NCBI GenBank assembly: GCA_004764695.1
Contig: SMSO01000031.1
Coordinates: 6,740,761 to 6,804,760 of the forward strand
Direction: 5' to 3'
Source of the DNA: Schizochytrium sp. TIO01
Lineage: Eukaryota > Protista > Bigyra: Labyrinthulomycetes
DNA length: 64,000 bases
Made by a program: the position numbers and the translations under genes
In this document: positions 11,414 through 23,732 of the stretch, piece after piece
How the letters are laid out: each line of letters begins with the position of its first letter
How positions within the stretch are numbered: position 1 is the stretch's first letter
The notes under the pieces: generated by a model
Database searches by the model: none
What the model was told of the DNA's origin: nothing
Seen by the model: the letters and a program-made list of their open reading frames with translations, nothing else

Positions 11414-12511
11414 ATGGGACGCGCCATGACGATCCTTAGCATCCTTGCTGTTGTTCTAGCCGCGTGCGCTGGGATCTTTGTTAGCGACCCGTGGCTAGCA
11501 GTTGAGATACTACCACCTCCTCTGGGTATGTTTGTCTTTGGCGCGATAACTGGACAAATGCCTCCGTTGTTTGATCTCTCTGCCATTCGAAACGAGACTC
11601 GCCTCAATATGATTGTAAAACCTGGCGATGTGTTCGTCGCGTCTTGTTTCAAGTGTGGCACCACATGGACGATGAATATAATTCACCAGCTACGTGCATG
11701 GCACAACGAGACTCTAGCAGAAACCTTTGAAGATATTACAGACGTTGTACCATGGCCCATAAAACGCCCTGCACCTCGTACCGGCTTCCAGGAAATATAC
11801 AGCCTGCTTCAGGAGAGAAACGAATGGTGGAACCATGAATCATATCCCTTCCGCGCGTTCAAGGTGCAGATTATGCCAGAAGGTAAAGCACTCGACGACA
11901 AACACAAATTTGATATGCAAGTTAGAAAGGATCTTCGCTATATCGTTGTCGTGCGCGATCCCGCGGAGCAGATTGAATCCGGACTTCACCACTTTCGTAA
12001 CCTTGAACCCAAGCTCTACCAGTTCGGCATGCCAGAGATGTCGGTTTGGGAAATGAAGCAGATGCTTGCGATGCATGGCTCGGCAGTGTACCTTCAAGCT
12101 TGGCGTGACTACGTTGCAGATCCGAATGTTTTTCTGGTGAATTACAAAGATCTCAAAAGGGATACCGAAGTGTGGCTTCGTCGTCTTGCCAAGTTTCTTG
12201 ATCTTGAGATCCCTGAAGATGTCTGGCCTACAGTTATTCGCCGTGTTGGAATTAAGTGGATGCGAGATAACCAGTCAAAGTTCCAGTACAGACTTGATGA
12301 CAACTTAAAGAAGGAGAAGAAGGTTGTTGAATTCGTCCGTGGTCATAACAAGACTCATTTTCTGACACGCGACGAGGCTATCGCATATCGCGACAAGCTT
12401 GCCGATGACGTTGATGAGGATGTTTTTGAATATCTTATCAAGGGCGGCGATGAACTTCGCGAGAAATTGATAGTCGCTGCTGCTGCTGCTGCCAAAACTC
12501 GATCGCCATAG
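11414..12511 (+). CDS. Signal-anchored sulfotransferase-family protein, copy 4 (365 aa)
   Basis: MGRAMT start chosen by alignment to copy 3 (alternative ATG at 11408); same PSB/PB motifs. Confidence 0.9.
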   Translation: MGRAMTILSILAVVLAACAGIFVSDPWLAVEILPPPLGMFVFGAITGQMPPLFDLSAIRNETRLNMIVKPGDVFVASCFKCGTTWTMNIIHQLRAWHNETLAETFEDITDVVPWPIKRPAPRTGFQEIYSLLQERNEWWNHESYPFRAFKVQIMPEGKALDDKHKFDMQVRKDLRYIVVVRDPAEQIESGLHHFRNLEPKLYQFGMPEMSVWEMKQMLAMHGSAVYLQAWRDYVADPNVFLVNYKDLKRDTEVWLRRLAKFLDLEIPEDVWPTVIRRVGIKWMRDNQSKFQYRLDDNLKKEKKVVEFVRGHNKTHFLTRDEAIAYRDKLADDVDEDVFEYLIKGGDELREKLIVAAAAAAKTRSP

Positions 12512-13259
12512 ATGCACCACGAGTGGGTATCAAGCCTTTATTGTTGAAGAATCATAATTATTCATACTATTTGCCATTTGTCATAGTAGTTCTGCTTGAT
12601 AAATTGGAACATGAATGAGTTGGCACGAACATAAGTTGCCTAGAGTTTATTTTTTAGGTCAAATTTTTAAAGATTAAAAACCTGACAAATCTTACCTAAT
12701 GTCAGAAAGTAGTCCCAGTCCTTCTCCAACGAATGAAAGGGCGAACCATTGTTTTTAAACTTACAAAGTAAAGGCAAAAGTCATATATAAATTTAGAATT
12801 ATTTTAGATTTAAAGCAGCTCTTGCAATATATTAGAGCTGAGCCTTGATATTCACTATGGAGTCCAAGTTCTACCGTCACACCGTCAGGAATTTGGGTAA
12901 TACATATCGCTAAAACAAGCTCTCCTCTCGCGCAGTTGCAAAATGTCTCCCAACTATGCAACTGCAATATATAAAGTTCCTGAGACATGCACTTTCTTCC
13001 AAAAATTGCAACTCTGCACTTGCGCATCGCAGTTGGGACTGCGTCGATGTAAACTATTGTACAGGATACTAACATTGGTAAATCTTATCTTGTTGACAGC
13101 TCGAGTAGTTCTGTTCAACTTAACCATTTGCTTGACGAGTTCTATATGTTATATTGTTCGGGTTGTTCAACATGTTCACCTTAATCTTACTTATTTTGAT
13201 CTCAGGCCATTTAGGAAATAAGATATAGGTACATAGACGATAGTAATAGTAATAGTAGA

Positions 13260-13490
13260 AATGATAAAAATAATAATGTTAGATTATTTTTTTAATATTT
13301 ACTTAAAACATTTAAAACATTTACGAGTAACTTACAATTAATTTTAATTTTTAAAAAATTAGTATCGTGGGGGAAGTGAAAAAAAAGTAATCATGATGGT
13401 AATGGTAAAACAAACTTTAAAAAAAAACTTTAAAAAAAACCTTTTTAAAAAAACTTCAAAAAAAAAAAAAAAAAAAAACAGAAAACAGAA
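13260..13490. repeat. AT-rich low-complexity island with poly(A) run
   Basis: Repeated AAAAAAACTTT-like units and an A run at about 13458-13478. Confidence 0.7.
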
Positions 13491-16339
13491 AAGACAGCGA
13501 CTCAGACCACTCGTATAGCATTGGAGCAAATTTGATTTATGTCCTATGCTGATACACCTTCATAATGCCTAGGAACTGAGGAACTCTTTGATTTTTGCGT
13601 CATCGAAATTATTTACCAGACAAAAATTCGCGAATCGATCCAAATGATGTCTCCTTCACCTCCAACCTTGAAAATATCCTTAACATACAGGCTGGGGTTT
13701 TCGCAAGAGCGTTCTAGTTCAAAAGGACGGAGGTGCGCGGATTTGCTTTTGTCAGCACGAGTTCTTCATGGTCAGGTATAAGTCGCAGAAACATGCGATC
13801 ATCTTGTTTCGTTGACCTTTTAACGGCCGGGACAGCAGCCTTGCGTTTGGATGGAAAGCAGCCACAGGATGATTGTGGCAGGGGTGGGAAAGCACAAGAG
13901 AACAGGAGCTAATCTAGAATGCTATCTCGAAGAACTTCTTCGACCTTGAATTCGAAAAAGTACATCAAATACTGGTTGAGGCGCAACTGATCAAAAATAC
14001 CCACAAAGACTTCGAAGAATTACTCTGTGTCTATATCAAACAAAGATTTGGTAAATATAAACCGTCTACTCTTTATTAATTTCCCCCCTTTTTGTAAATG
14101 CACCTTCGAACCTGCTTGGAACAAAAGCGGAACTGCGTCTTTATGTTGCAGAACTTACTTCGAGTTTGCTTGGCAACATAGAAGCTTTCAAACGTGCCGT
14201 TCAGCTGGGACTACCCACCTACACCTAGCTAGCCTGCATAACTCTAGGTAGTTACTGTGCGTATTTAATTATTGATGATCTCAACGCTACATTACATAGC
14301 GAGGTACTAGTACTGTTTCGCTAAAATGGTTCCCGAGTGAGTTCGTTTACTTAGCAGGGAATTAAAAGCTGGCCTCTTTCCGGAGACTGCGACAGGAATT
14401 TGCGTCACAGAAAAGGCTTAAAGTCAGAGAGGCGCTCAAGAGAGAGGCAGTTAGACATCCTATTATTTATGCGCCGGTTCATGACTCGCGCATCGTTGCG
14501 TGCCCTTCACTTTGGTTCTCAATACAGGTAGTATTAGGCGCTACCTAAGTACCTACCTGTCACTTGAGCCACTTCATAGTGGATCGTTTCTATATTTCTT
14601 CTTCTTTTCTTCTACTCACAATGAAAATAGTTTATTCGTCTGCCCAAGGATTGCTGTTGGCTCAACTGGCAATAGTCGAATGTACTTTCGCAATCTTCAA
14701 CTTAGTTATCTTTCATTGTCTAAAAGAAAACTTATTGTACAGAGGTTGTCTTCATTTCTGGTCTCACTTACAATATTTAGGATATAAGGGACTAGGACAA
14801 CTTATGAGACAAAACTAAAAATTGCGCATTTATCAGACTACGTAGTTGTCAACACTCAGACCCAAGTGGATGAAGCCCGATGGTGAATGTGGCGAACCTG
14901 TGAACCAGAGGTGGTTTAGTTAGTGAGAACCAAAGTCACAAAGAATGACTGTGCAATCCCACCGAAATGTAACGCAAGGGTACTTATCTAAGAATGCTCG
15001 ATTTGACATGGACAACAATTGCATGCTTGTTGCACCCTGGAAACGCCTAGTGCGAGGGTGTATTCCAAAGGCTTGTTAAGCTTGATGATTTTCCAGAATG
15101 TAGAGGAATTAGAAAAAAAAATGATCGCATATCAGCCACGAAGGACTGCAAATTTCTATATTCTTTCCTTGAAGATAGCAAATCCGAAAAGTATTTCCAA
15201 CGTCGAGTCTGTCCAATGAGATTGCAGGTTGAAACAATTGGTGTTTGCTCGAGTGTGTTCAGGCAACTTCTCAACAAGAACAAAGAATTAGCTGTCATTG
15301 TGCAATATGTCCACAAGGGAAGATTATCGAGATAAGCTATGGAAATAAGAAGTAGGCGAGTATAGCAAGATTTCATGACTGACTTAAACATTCGAATTGA
15401 GTAACTGGATCCCCCAAGGGTTAACGAGAGGTTTACGTATCTTCAACTATTACAAGAAACTGTTAATTACATAGAAATGAAAAGAAATGGGGCAAGTATG
15501 CCGCAACCTAACTTCAAGTTATATGTTCCATGTATCAAAATTGGTTGGGGTAGATTGTAATGATATACTCCATTTTTCTTTTTTCATTTTTCAAACTCGA
15601 CAAGCAAAGGGTGCAGGTAGCCTTTTGGGTTACAATACAGTGAAATACAATCTTGATTTTCTTTGCAAAGTTTTGGCCGTTCTTACAGAGCTTACTATTC
15701 TCCTTTTATTATTACAATGGTGTGTTCCGTTTAGAAAAGCAGAGGTTGGGTTCTGTAACCTGAACTAAAATAGTCTACATTTTGGCCTGCTTCTTAATCA
15801 GCCTCACCCGTCCTCTCTTACTGTTGTCGTCGTTTACACTCGATGAATCAATCCGGCGTCTTGCGCGCTAGGAGCTCGGACATTGTATTTAATCAATCAG
15901 TTTCTGCAGTACCTACCTTCCTTCTCGGCAGACAGTGCTAAATCGGCACACGGGACTGTGCTTTTCGCTTGGGTCTTTGCCCAAGTAAAAGGGTTATTAC
16001 TACAAATTCTGAGTTCTGTGAAACTGATTAATTTCGTTCATTTGGTTGGTCAGCCAAGAAATTAAAGCTCAGCAGAAGAAACAAAAAATTATCTTCAGTG
16101 CCGGGACTCCCTTTGATCCTTCGGCGGACGGTAGCAAACAGGGAATCATTTACTCGGCTGGAACGTGCGGCCTGCCAGCCACCATCAGCATCGCATCATT
16201 TCGCTCATTGTCCATCAAATTTCCAATTGGAGTTCTGCTTCGATCGAAGATCCTAGGCACGAATTGGTGTTGTAGTAGAGACCAAGGTCAATGATAGAGA
16301 GTGAGTGAGAAAGAGAGGGAAGGCAAAATATGAAGACAT

Positions 16340-16500
16340 TGTAATGCTTTCATAAACTTGACATTTTTTATTTTTTTTATTCTATCAAATGGTTTTTATT
16401 TATTAAAAAAAGTAGTTTTCAACATTATTATTATTTAAAAAGAAAAAAGGAAAAAAAAAAAAAAAAAAAAAAAGAGAAGGAAAAGCTCACTAGATAAAAA
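16340..16500. repeat. AT-rich island with poly(A) run
   Basis: T-rich stretch followed by an A run at 16451-16473. Confidence 0.7.
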
Positions 16501-16913
16501 AGGAAGAACAACGTACCACACCCTCTTCGGCAGCGGTAGTGCTGCGCATAATTACTTCTAGGAGGAGAAGCTCACGAGTCGCGAGCCGGCGAAATGCGAA
16601 GGAGTGATTTCAACACTGGTTGATTGATTTCAAGATTGATTGATTTCAAGATTGGCTTGGATGGAATGGCTTCTGCTCTGTCCTTCGCCATACCCGGAGG
16701 TGAATACCTCATTGGTGCCTGCCTGCCTACCTATTCAGCCATTCGAATGCAACACAAAGGTGGCCGAAATGAAAGCTTCAGTGGCGAATCAGAATTTGGC
16801 GAAGAGAAAACACCGCTGGCAATCGAAACATAAACCCCAAAAGAATCATAAAGAATGACCATCCATTCTCCCACTCACCACGTAATCGCAGAGCTCTTAA
16901 TTCCAACCCACGA

Positions 16914-17037
16914 AAACAAACAAACAAACAAACAAACAAACAAACAAACAAACAAACAAACAAACAAACAAACAAACAAACAAACAAACAAACAAACAAA
17001 CAAACAAACAAACAAACAAACAAACAAACAAACAAAC
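16914..17037 (+). repeat. (AAAC)n microsatellite, about 31 units
   Basis: Read directly from the sequence. Confidence 0.97.
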
Positions 17038-17740
17038 CAACAGAAACCACTTTTGTTCGAACAAAGACCTTTTCTTGCTTTGTATTTCGCTTTTCCCCCC
17101 TACAAACACTAGCGTGCTGCTCTCGCTAGTAGCTCCTACGCACAATCAGCAAGAGGCGGTGCTAGGAACACGTGGGGAAATCAGGGGCACCTCCCTCCCA
17201 TGAGGCCGAGTTTTACTATGGCAAAACCCAGCGGAGGAACCATGTCACCTACAGTTCGTCTCCGCGTTCCAGTGAAACGTTCTTACAGTTCTTGCAGGCG
17301 AGGAAGAAAACGAACTAACGAAAACCCAGAGAGACAGACAGACAGACTGCCTGGGATGTGGCGCATGCATCCATCCATGCATGCTCGCGTGCTTGCTTGC
17401 TTGCATGGATACATACATACACATTTGTATTCGCATGCCATCACCTTCACCACCACCACCACCCTCGCCACATCACATCACAGTCAGCTATCGACGCGGA
17501 CCTCCTTCTCGTAGAATCAAGGTAAACCTCTGTGGCACGTGTGCGCAGGTCCACAGAAGACTGAGAGGATCCGCATTCGTATCGCCTCTCAGCGCTCTTT
17601 TAGGCTCTGTGCCGTCTATCATCGACGGCGCAATCACTCAATCAGTCAATCAGTCAATCAGTCAGTCAGTCAATCAATCAAAAGATCATCAAATTGCACT
17701 TGGCCACGAGGGATCTCTCGCACGGCGAAGGAAACTGTGA

Positions 17741-17743
17741 AGA

Positions 17744-17782
<39 letters not shown>

Positions 17783-17783
17783 A
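17741..17783 (+). repeat. (GAA/GAG)n trinucleotide repeat
   Basis: Read directly from the sequence. Confidence 0.85.
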
Positions 17784-19249
17784 GACGCCTTGGTGCTCAA
17801 GGACTCGCTGGCTGGTGCTGCTGGCAGGATGAGAGGCCGCGAGGGAGAGGCGCATTGGCTTTGGTCGTGGACGCCGATCTGCGCTTTGCCAAAGGAGGGC
17901 GTAGGCAGCGCTAGGACCGGCCTAGCAAGGTACCAGCGCTCGTAGCACTCGCCGGTTAATGCTACGAGAATTGAAGACTACTGCAGCAAGCAATCTTGCG
18001 CGAGCATGAAGAAAAGCACCGCACAGACCATCGCGATCTCTGGAGGTTAACTTGTTCGGCAGGTTATGTGGCAGCTCAGGTGACGCAGGCAGTCATTCAC
18101 TGATAGGTAATCATGAAGGAATGAAGGAGCGTCTCTATCGTGCTTTCCTTCTTCGAACATCGGGCAAGTCATTATAATTGTAATAGCGGTAGTAAGTCCA
18201 TCCATATATTCTCGATTTTAGTTTCATTTTAGTATTAATATTAGGATCAACATGTTTTATTTTTAAAAAGGTCACGGTGTTTATATGTTAAGATAGTTTT
18301 ATATCATGTTATTTAAATTTTCTTATTATTTATATAATTTAAGTAATAATAATAATCATAATAATGATAGACCTTAGAAGAGTGTGTGTATCTGCCCAAA
18401 AACACAATCCGTGAGCCAATCTCTGAGCCTGCCTTGCTTCAGAGAGACGGAAAGAGAGGGATTGGGCGTTGAGGAGGAGAAGGCAAGCGTGGTGTACGCT
18501 GATCTATATACGACAGCGAGCGATTATGGGACATGAGAATCAGGGAAACTCAAGTGAGAATCAGGGAAACCTTGATTTTGATGGAAAGAGAAGAACAAAA
18601 GGCCTCTCGCTACCTACTAATACGTATCTTTATTACAATATGGTTATAATATGGTCAGCAACATGGAAGAGGTGGCTTTTAGCTGGCTAACAGTGGGGTA
18701 AGAAGTGCTAGTCATCGGAGTCAGTGAAGAGAGAGCCAAAGAACTTTAGTGCTGCATTCATTCACTCACTCATCAAGCAAAAGACCAAGAAGGAGGAGGA
18801 GGCGACACTCGAAGAAAGAACACAATGGAGAAACCAGACGAACATCATCACATCACTACAACTTCTTCAAGCCAAGCAGAAAGGAAGAACTTCGCGAAAC
18901 AAAAAAGAAACCAACTCATTTCACCCCTTACGCGAACAAACAATGTAAAACATACTTACCTACCTACTTGTTTCAAATGAAAGGAACCCTATAGAAATCG
19001 ATTACTTTCAAGTTATTCTTTTTATCATTAGAGTATGATAGCATGCATGGCGAAATTAAAAATTATCGTATCCGGTACCAAATTTATTTTGAATGAAACA
19101 GGTAAGATAGATGCACTGCCGATCAAAGAAATTCAGGAATCAAGATCGATAAATCAAGAAAGAAATAAAACAGATCGACTGCAGCTGGGACTAGAGAGAT
19201 GGGCACAAAGCGATGACTTCTTGGTATCTACGGATGTATAGGTACTCAG

Positions 19250-19407
<158 letters not shown>

Positions 19408-19689
19408 ACCTTATCTCTGATCGTGGTCAATCCCTTATGTTAGGCTCGTCGATATGTTCGAAATTGAACTATCTTTATCTTTTCTTTATTTCTTTCTCTC
19501 TATCTCTATCTCTATATATGTAACTAATGTAAATGTTTGCTTATCTGTGATTTAAAAAAAATAAAAAAATAATAATAATAATGATCATAATAACAAATAA
19601 TAATAAATCCTTTGTTTATTTGTTTGTTTAGTTTTTAAAAGAGATCCAAGAGAGCAAGAGAGAAGATAGCTAAGTACGTAAGTAGGTAG

Positions 19690-20000
19690 CGAACTAACTA
19701 ATTTACTTACTTATTTACTCACTTACTTACCCACTGACTCGCTCACTAACTTGCTAACTAATATCCTTACTAACTAACGATCCAACTAAATTTACTAACT
19801 AACTAACTAACTAACTTACTAACTCACTAATTACTAGCTTACTTACTTACTAACTTACTAACTCACTAATTACTAGCTTACTTACTTACTAACTTACTAA
19901 CTTACTTACTTACTAGCTTACTTACTTACTTACTTACTCACTAACTTACTAACTTACTTACTTACTTACTTACTTACTCACTCACTCACTAACTAGTACT
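19690..20000 (+). repeat. Compound (ACTT/ACTA/ACTC)n microsatellite with a 39-bp higher-order duplication
   Basis: Unit CTAACTTACTAACTCACTAATTACTAGCTTACTTACTTA occurs twice in tandem from 19811. Confidence 0.9.
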
Positions 20001-20159
20001 TGCGATGAAAGCACTCCTATTCCCTCAGGTAGGTAGGTACTAGGCCCCTCTATCATGATATGACTACAATGATTTGCGGATTTATGTGTCTCAGCACTGG
20101 TAGGAGTGGGGTAGTGGCATATAGGCGTAGTGGCGATAGTAGCAGTGCGTAGTAGAATA

Positions 20160-20202
20160 GGAAAGAAGGAGACAGAGAAAGAGAGACAGAGAAAAGAGAG
20201 AA

Positions 20203-20233
<31 letters not shown>
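20160..20233 (+). repeat. Purine-rich (AG)/(ACAG)n repeat
   Basis: GAGACAGAGAAAGAGAG...ACAGACAGACAG read directly. Confidence 0.8.
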
Positions 20234-20234
<1 letters not shown>

Positions 20235-21527
20235 CCTTGTGGCGGCTTTGCGTGGGTGAGGCTGCGCGAGCTGCGTGGCGTCGAGAAGGCGAAAGCGTCT
20301 CTCTCGAGGTAGCAGGCCGCTGGGTAGAGAAGTGGAGGCAGGCTCCGTCTCGACCGCAGCGAGCGAGCGATTCAGGCCTGGCCTGCCGCAGATCGATCGT
20401 CCGGCACCGAGCGAACATAGCTACAGCTAGCTAGCTAGTCTGATAATATTAGAGCTAGCTAGCTCTCGCTCGCACTTGCGTGGACGCTCGTGGACCTCAG
20501 CGGCAGGTCTGACGAGAGATATAAGCCCAGCAAGGCAAATTGAGCACCTCCACGCTTATCGTTGCAGGCGCTATCGAATCGAGTCCGGGCTGGGGACGGC
20601 GCTTTCTTTATAGCTTTCATTTCTTTCATTCTTTTTTCATTCATTCTCTGTTGAGATTGTTTCTTCTTTCTTTTCTTTTTTCCTTCTGTTCTTTCTGCGC
20701 GAGATCAATCAATCTTTTTTGAAAGTTTGATTTACTGAACCTGGCGGTGCCCTGTAGCAGCTACAGCTAGGATCCGCAAGGTAGAGGAGGTTAAGTACTG
20801 TTGATTGCAGACACAGCAATACGGAAAGAGATCGTAGAAGAAAGGAAATTTGGCGTACTTCTACTACTAATAGTTTTACTACTCCTTCCACTCCTTCTAC
20901 AACATTTTATTTGTAGAAAACGACAACCAGAAGGCGCAAAGTTGGATTTATTATTTTGACTTGTTCGCGTGTGTGGTGTAAAGCAGCTCCTGTGGTATCT
21001 TCTTATCGTCTTTTGGTGTCTCTGTGTTGCCTTTATTTTTGTGTCCACCTTTTTTGACTGAGCTCCTGCGTGATTGGTTTCATAGGACCTCGTCGCCCAG
21101 ATTTGCTTCATCTTTTGTTTTTGGTTTGGTTCGGTTTGGTTTCTGATCCACACACTATCTCAGATACAAGTATTTGGACACATATTGTGTGAGGATTAAT
21201 TCGTTAAAATATCCCGCCGATTCGTGCTGATTGGATACACCAGCCCAGCCCCCGCGGCAGTCCTCAGATTTATCTGCGGAATTACACTCATCCTATTGAT
21301 ACAATCTGTCAATCTTTCTTCTTTCGCCTTTTCCAATTTTGGAAAGCGCACGGACCCTCGTTCGTGCCGGGAAACCATTGATAAACACAGGGCGCCAAGG
21401 TCGCCAACTTTTCTATTCTATTTTCTTCGAGGACGAGCATCGTCACCACTACAATAATCAGTGCTAGGCGCACGCAAGAAGTCATTTCTACTACAACCAT
21501 TGTCAGCTTGAGAATATCTTCTCCAAA

Positions 21528-23162
21528 ATGCCGGTTGAATCCCTATACGCAGCAAATGACCCCAATCCAGACCCACCTCCGCTCGTGGAGGAAATTCGCG
21601 AGTTTCAGGCACACTGCTGTATGCGGTTGACGCTTTGGCAAGCACAAGTGCAGCGAAGTATGCATGGACCTCCCGAGTGCAAGGTGTCCGTGAACATGGA
21701 ATCCGCGAACCCGTTTAACGTAAAAGCGACTGCTTCATTTGAGTCGCAAGGTTTTAGACCTTATATGGAGGACCGTGTCGTTAACTCATCCATTGTCGAA
21801 GGAAAGGCAGGCTTGTATGCGATTCTCGATGGGCATGGCCTCGAAGGGGAAGGTCATCTTGTTGCGGAATCAGCTGCTGCCAGTCTTTCTCGCGTTTTTA
21901 ATAAACATATGAGTGACCAAGGCCTACGTTCTACAAGCACGAGTGGGAGCAGCACACCTTCAGGGACAGATTTGGATGAGACTAATGGTGCTGCTGAGAG
22001 TAAAAATACTGCAGACAATGATGACCCCTTGGGTTCGCCTTCATCCGCCTCTGCTTCTCCATCCGCAGTGGCTTGTGGGAAAATCAAATCTGACAACACA
22101 TCAGCTGTGGACCCCGCGCCTGTTGCAGATGCCTCAACAGATCTCGGCCCCTCATCTGCAACCCTTCTGTCATCTCCATCCACATCATCAATCGCCGACT
22201 TTAAATCAGAGAACATCGCACCACCTTCCTCCAACAATAACAACAACAACACGAGCAGTGTGAAGGGATCTGGCTTACTCGGTACATCGAGCGCATCTTC
22301 ATCCAGTAAGAGTCTCATCGATAAGGAGCATCTGTATAAAGAGCGCATCGATCGCGCTGTGATTGAGATTGACACACATATTCGCCGTGTTCTGCCATCC
22401 TATGCTGATGACAACGGCTCAACACTCGTAGCGGCCGTTGTGGAAGCCGAACTTATCACCTTTGCTAATGTTGGTGACTCCAGAGGAATTTTAATCAATG
22501 ATGATTACTCGCTGGAATTTGTCACCTTGGACCACAAGCCTACAGTACCAGCAGAGGAAATCCGTGTCCAAATGGCAGGTGGTTTTGTTGCGGATATGCG
22601 TGTAAATGGTGATCTCGCTGTCTCTCGCACTCTTGGCGACACCTCTTACAAACCAGTGTCTGCACCACGCCGTTTGTGCGCGATTAGCAACGAACCGGAC
22701 GTCACATGTATCCGTAGGCAACCCAGGCACCGATGTATCATACTCGCCAGTGATGGCATTTGGGATGCACTTTCATCGGCCGATGTTGCGGACATCATGC
22801 ACCGTTACAGAGTCCTCGACAATGCGGATGAATCAACCTTCAAGCAGCGTTGCCATGAGAGCTTTACCACAATTGTCAAAGAAGCAAGCTGCGCACGCCT
22901 TTCTAGTGACAATCTCTCATTGCTTCTTATTATTCTCGATAAGAAATCAGGCTCTGCGGATACATCCACCGCAGTCCCTCCTTCATCTACATCCTCTTCT
23001 TCGTCCAAGTCTGTACCACGCTTAAACACCGTATCTGCTGCGCCACATGTTGAAAATGAACAAACTGTCGATAAACCAGCCTCGAATGCCAACAGTGACA
23101 ATATGGGTTCTCGTCTCGACGACAAAACTGATCATCGTAATGTCGAAGTAGAACTCACCTGA
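21528..23162 (+). CDS. Protein phosphatase 2C (PPM family), 544 aa
   Basis: PPM motifs RPYMEDR, LDGHG, ANVGDSR, DHKP, RVNGDLAVSRTLGD, ASDGIWD and SDN; Ser-rich insertion. Confidence 0.95.
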   Translation: MPVESLYAANDPNPDPPPLVEEIREFQAHCCMRLTLWQAQVQRSMHGPPECKVSVNMESANPFNVKATASFESQGFRPYMEDRVVNSSIVEGKAGLYAILDGHGLEGEGHLVAESAAASLSRVFNKHMSDQGLRSTSTSGSSTPSGTDLDETNGAAESKNTADNDDPLGSPSSASASPSAVACGKIKSDNTSAVDPAPVADASTDLGPSSATLLSSPSTSSIADFKSENIAPPSSNNNNNNTSSVKGSGLLGTSSASSSSKSLIDKEHLYKERIDRAVIEIDTHIRRVLPSYADDNGSTLVAAVVEAELITFANVGDSRGILINDDYSLEFVTLDHKPTVPAEEIRVQMAGGFVADMRVNGDLAVSRTLGDTSYKPVSAPRRLCAISNEPDVTCIRRQPRHRCIILASDGIWDALSSADVADIMHRYRVLDNADESTFKQRCHESFTTIVKEASCARLSSDNLSLLLIILDKKSGSADTSTAVPPSSTSSSSSKSVPRLNTVSAAPHVENEQTVDKPASNANSDNMGSRLDDKTDHRNVEVELT

Positions 23163-23732
23163 TGTTCTGTGCTAGTTGCTGTTATGTCTACTTTTTTACA
23201 CTTCTCCTGTTCTCGCTTGCTCGCCAAAGGCGAGCTTTCTATATTTTTTTATGCCTGCTTCTCTAGCTACAGCCCTGAATCGCCTAGTACGCTATTTTGC
23301 TGACTGTTCGCCCACTCTCGCCCGCTCCATGTCTCATCCTGATTGAATCACAATCTTTTGCTTCATTACATACATAGCCTTGTCCAAAATTTGACTTACT
23401 AATAGTGCTACTACAAATGCCTACATTCATATTTTTTCACATCGCTTGTCTAGTACTACTGAGAGTGATACATAATACTATTTCGAACCTGTCACCGGCC
23501 GACTTACCCGCATACATGAAGCTCGGCTTCGAAGCCCTTTTCACCATCACGGCCTAAAAATAGTCTACATATTTTCAAATGTCTGTCATGATTGTCTTCT
23601 AACAATTATTATTTTAAGTAGGCTGGGAATTAAACTTGATGTTTATAACGAAATTGAACTATTATGGAAATTATATTGAACAGTTTGTGACAAAGTTTAA
23701 TCATTACAAACAATCTGGAAAGACGCTATACA

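Noticed and set aside
16778-17145. ORFs encoding KQTN or CLFV repeats
   Set aside because: Translations of the (AAAC)n microsatellite; no coding evidence.
17539-17945. Poly-E, poly-K and poly-F ORFs
   Set aside because: Produced by the (GAA)n tract; non-ATG starts and no domain.
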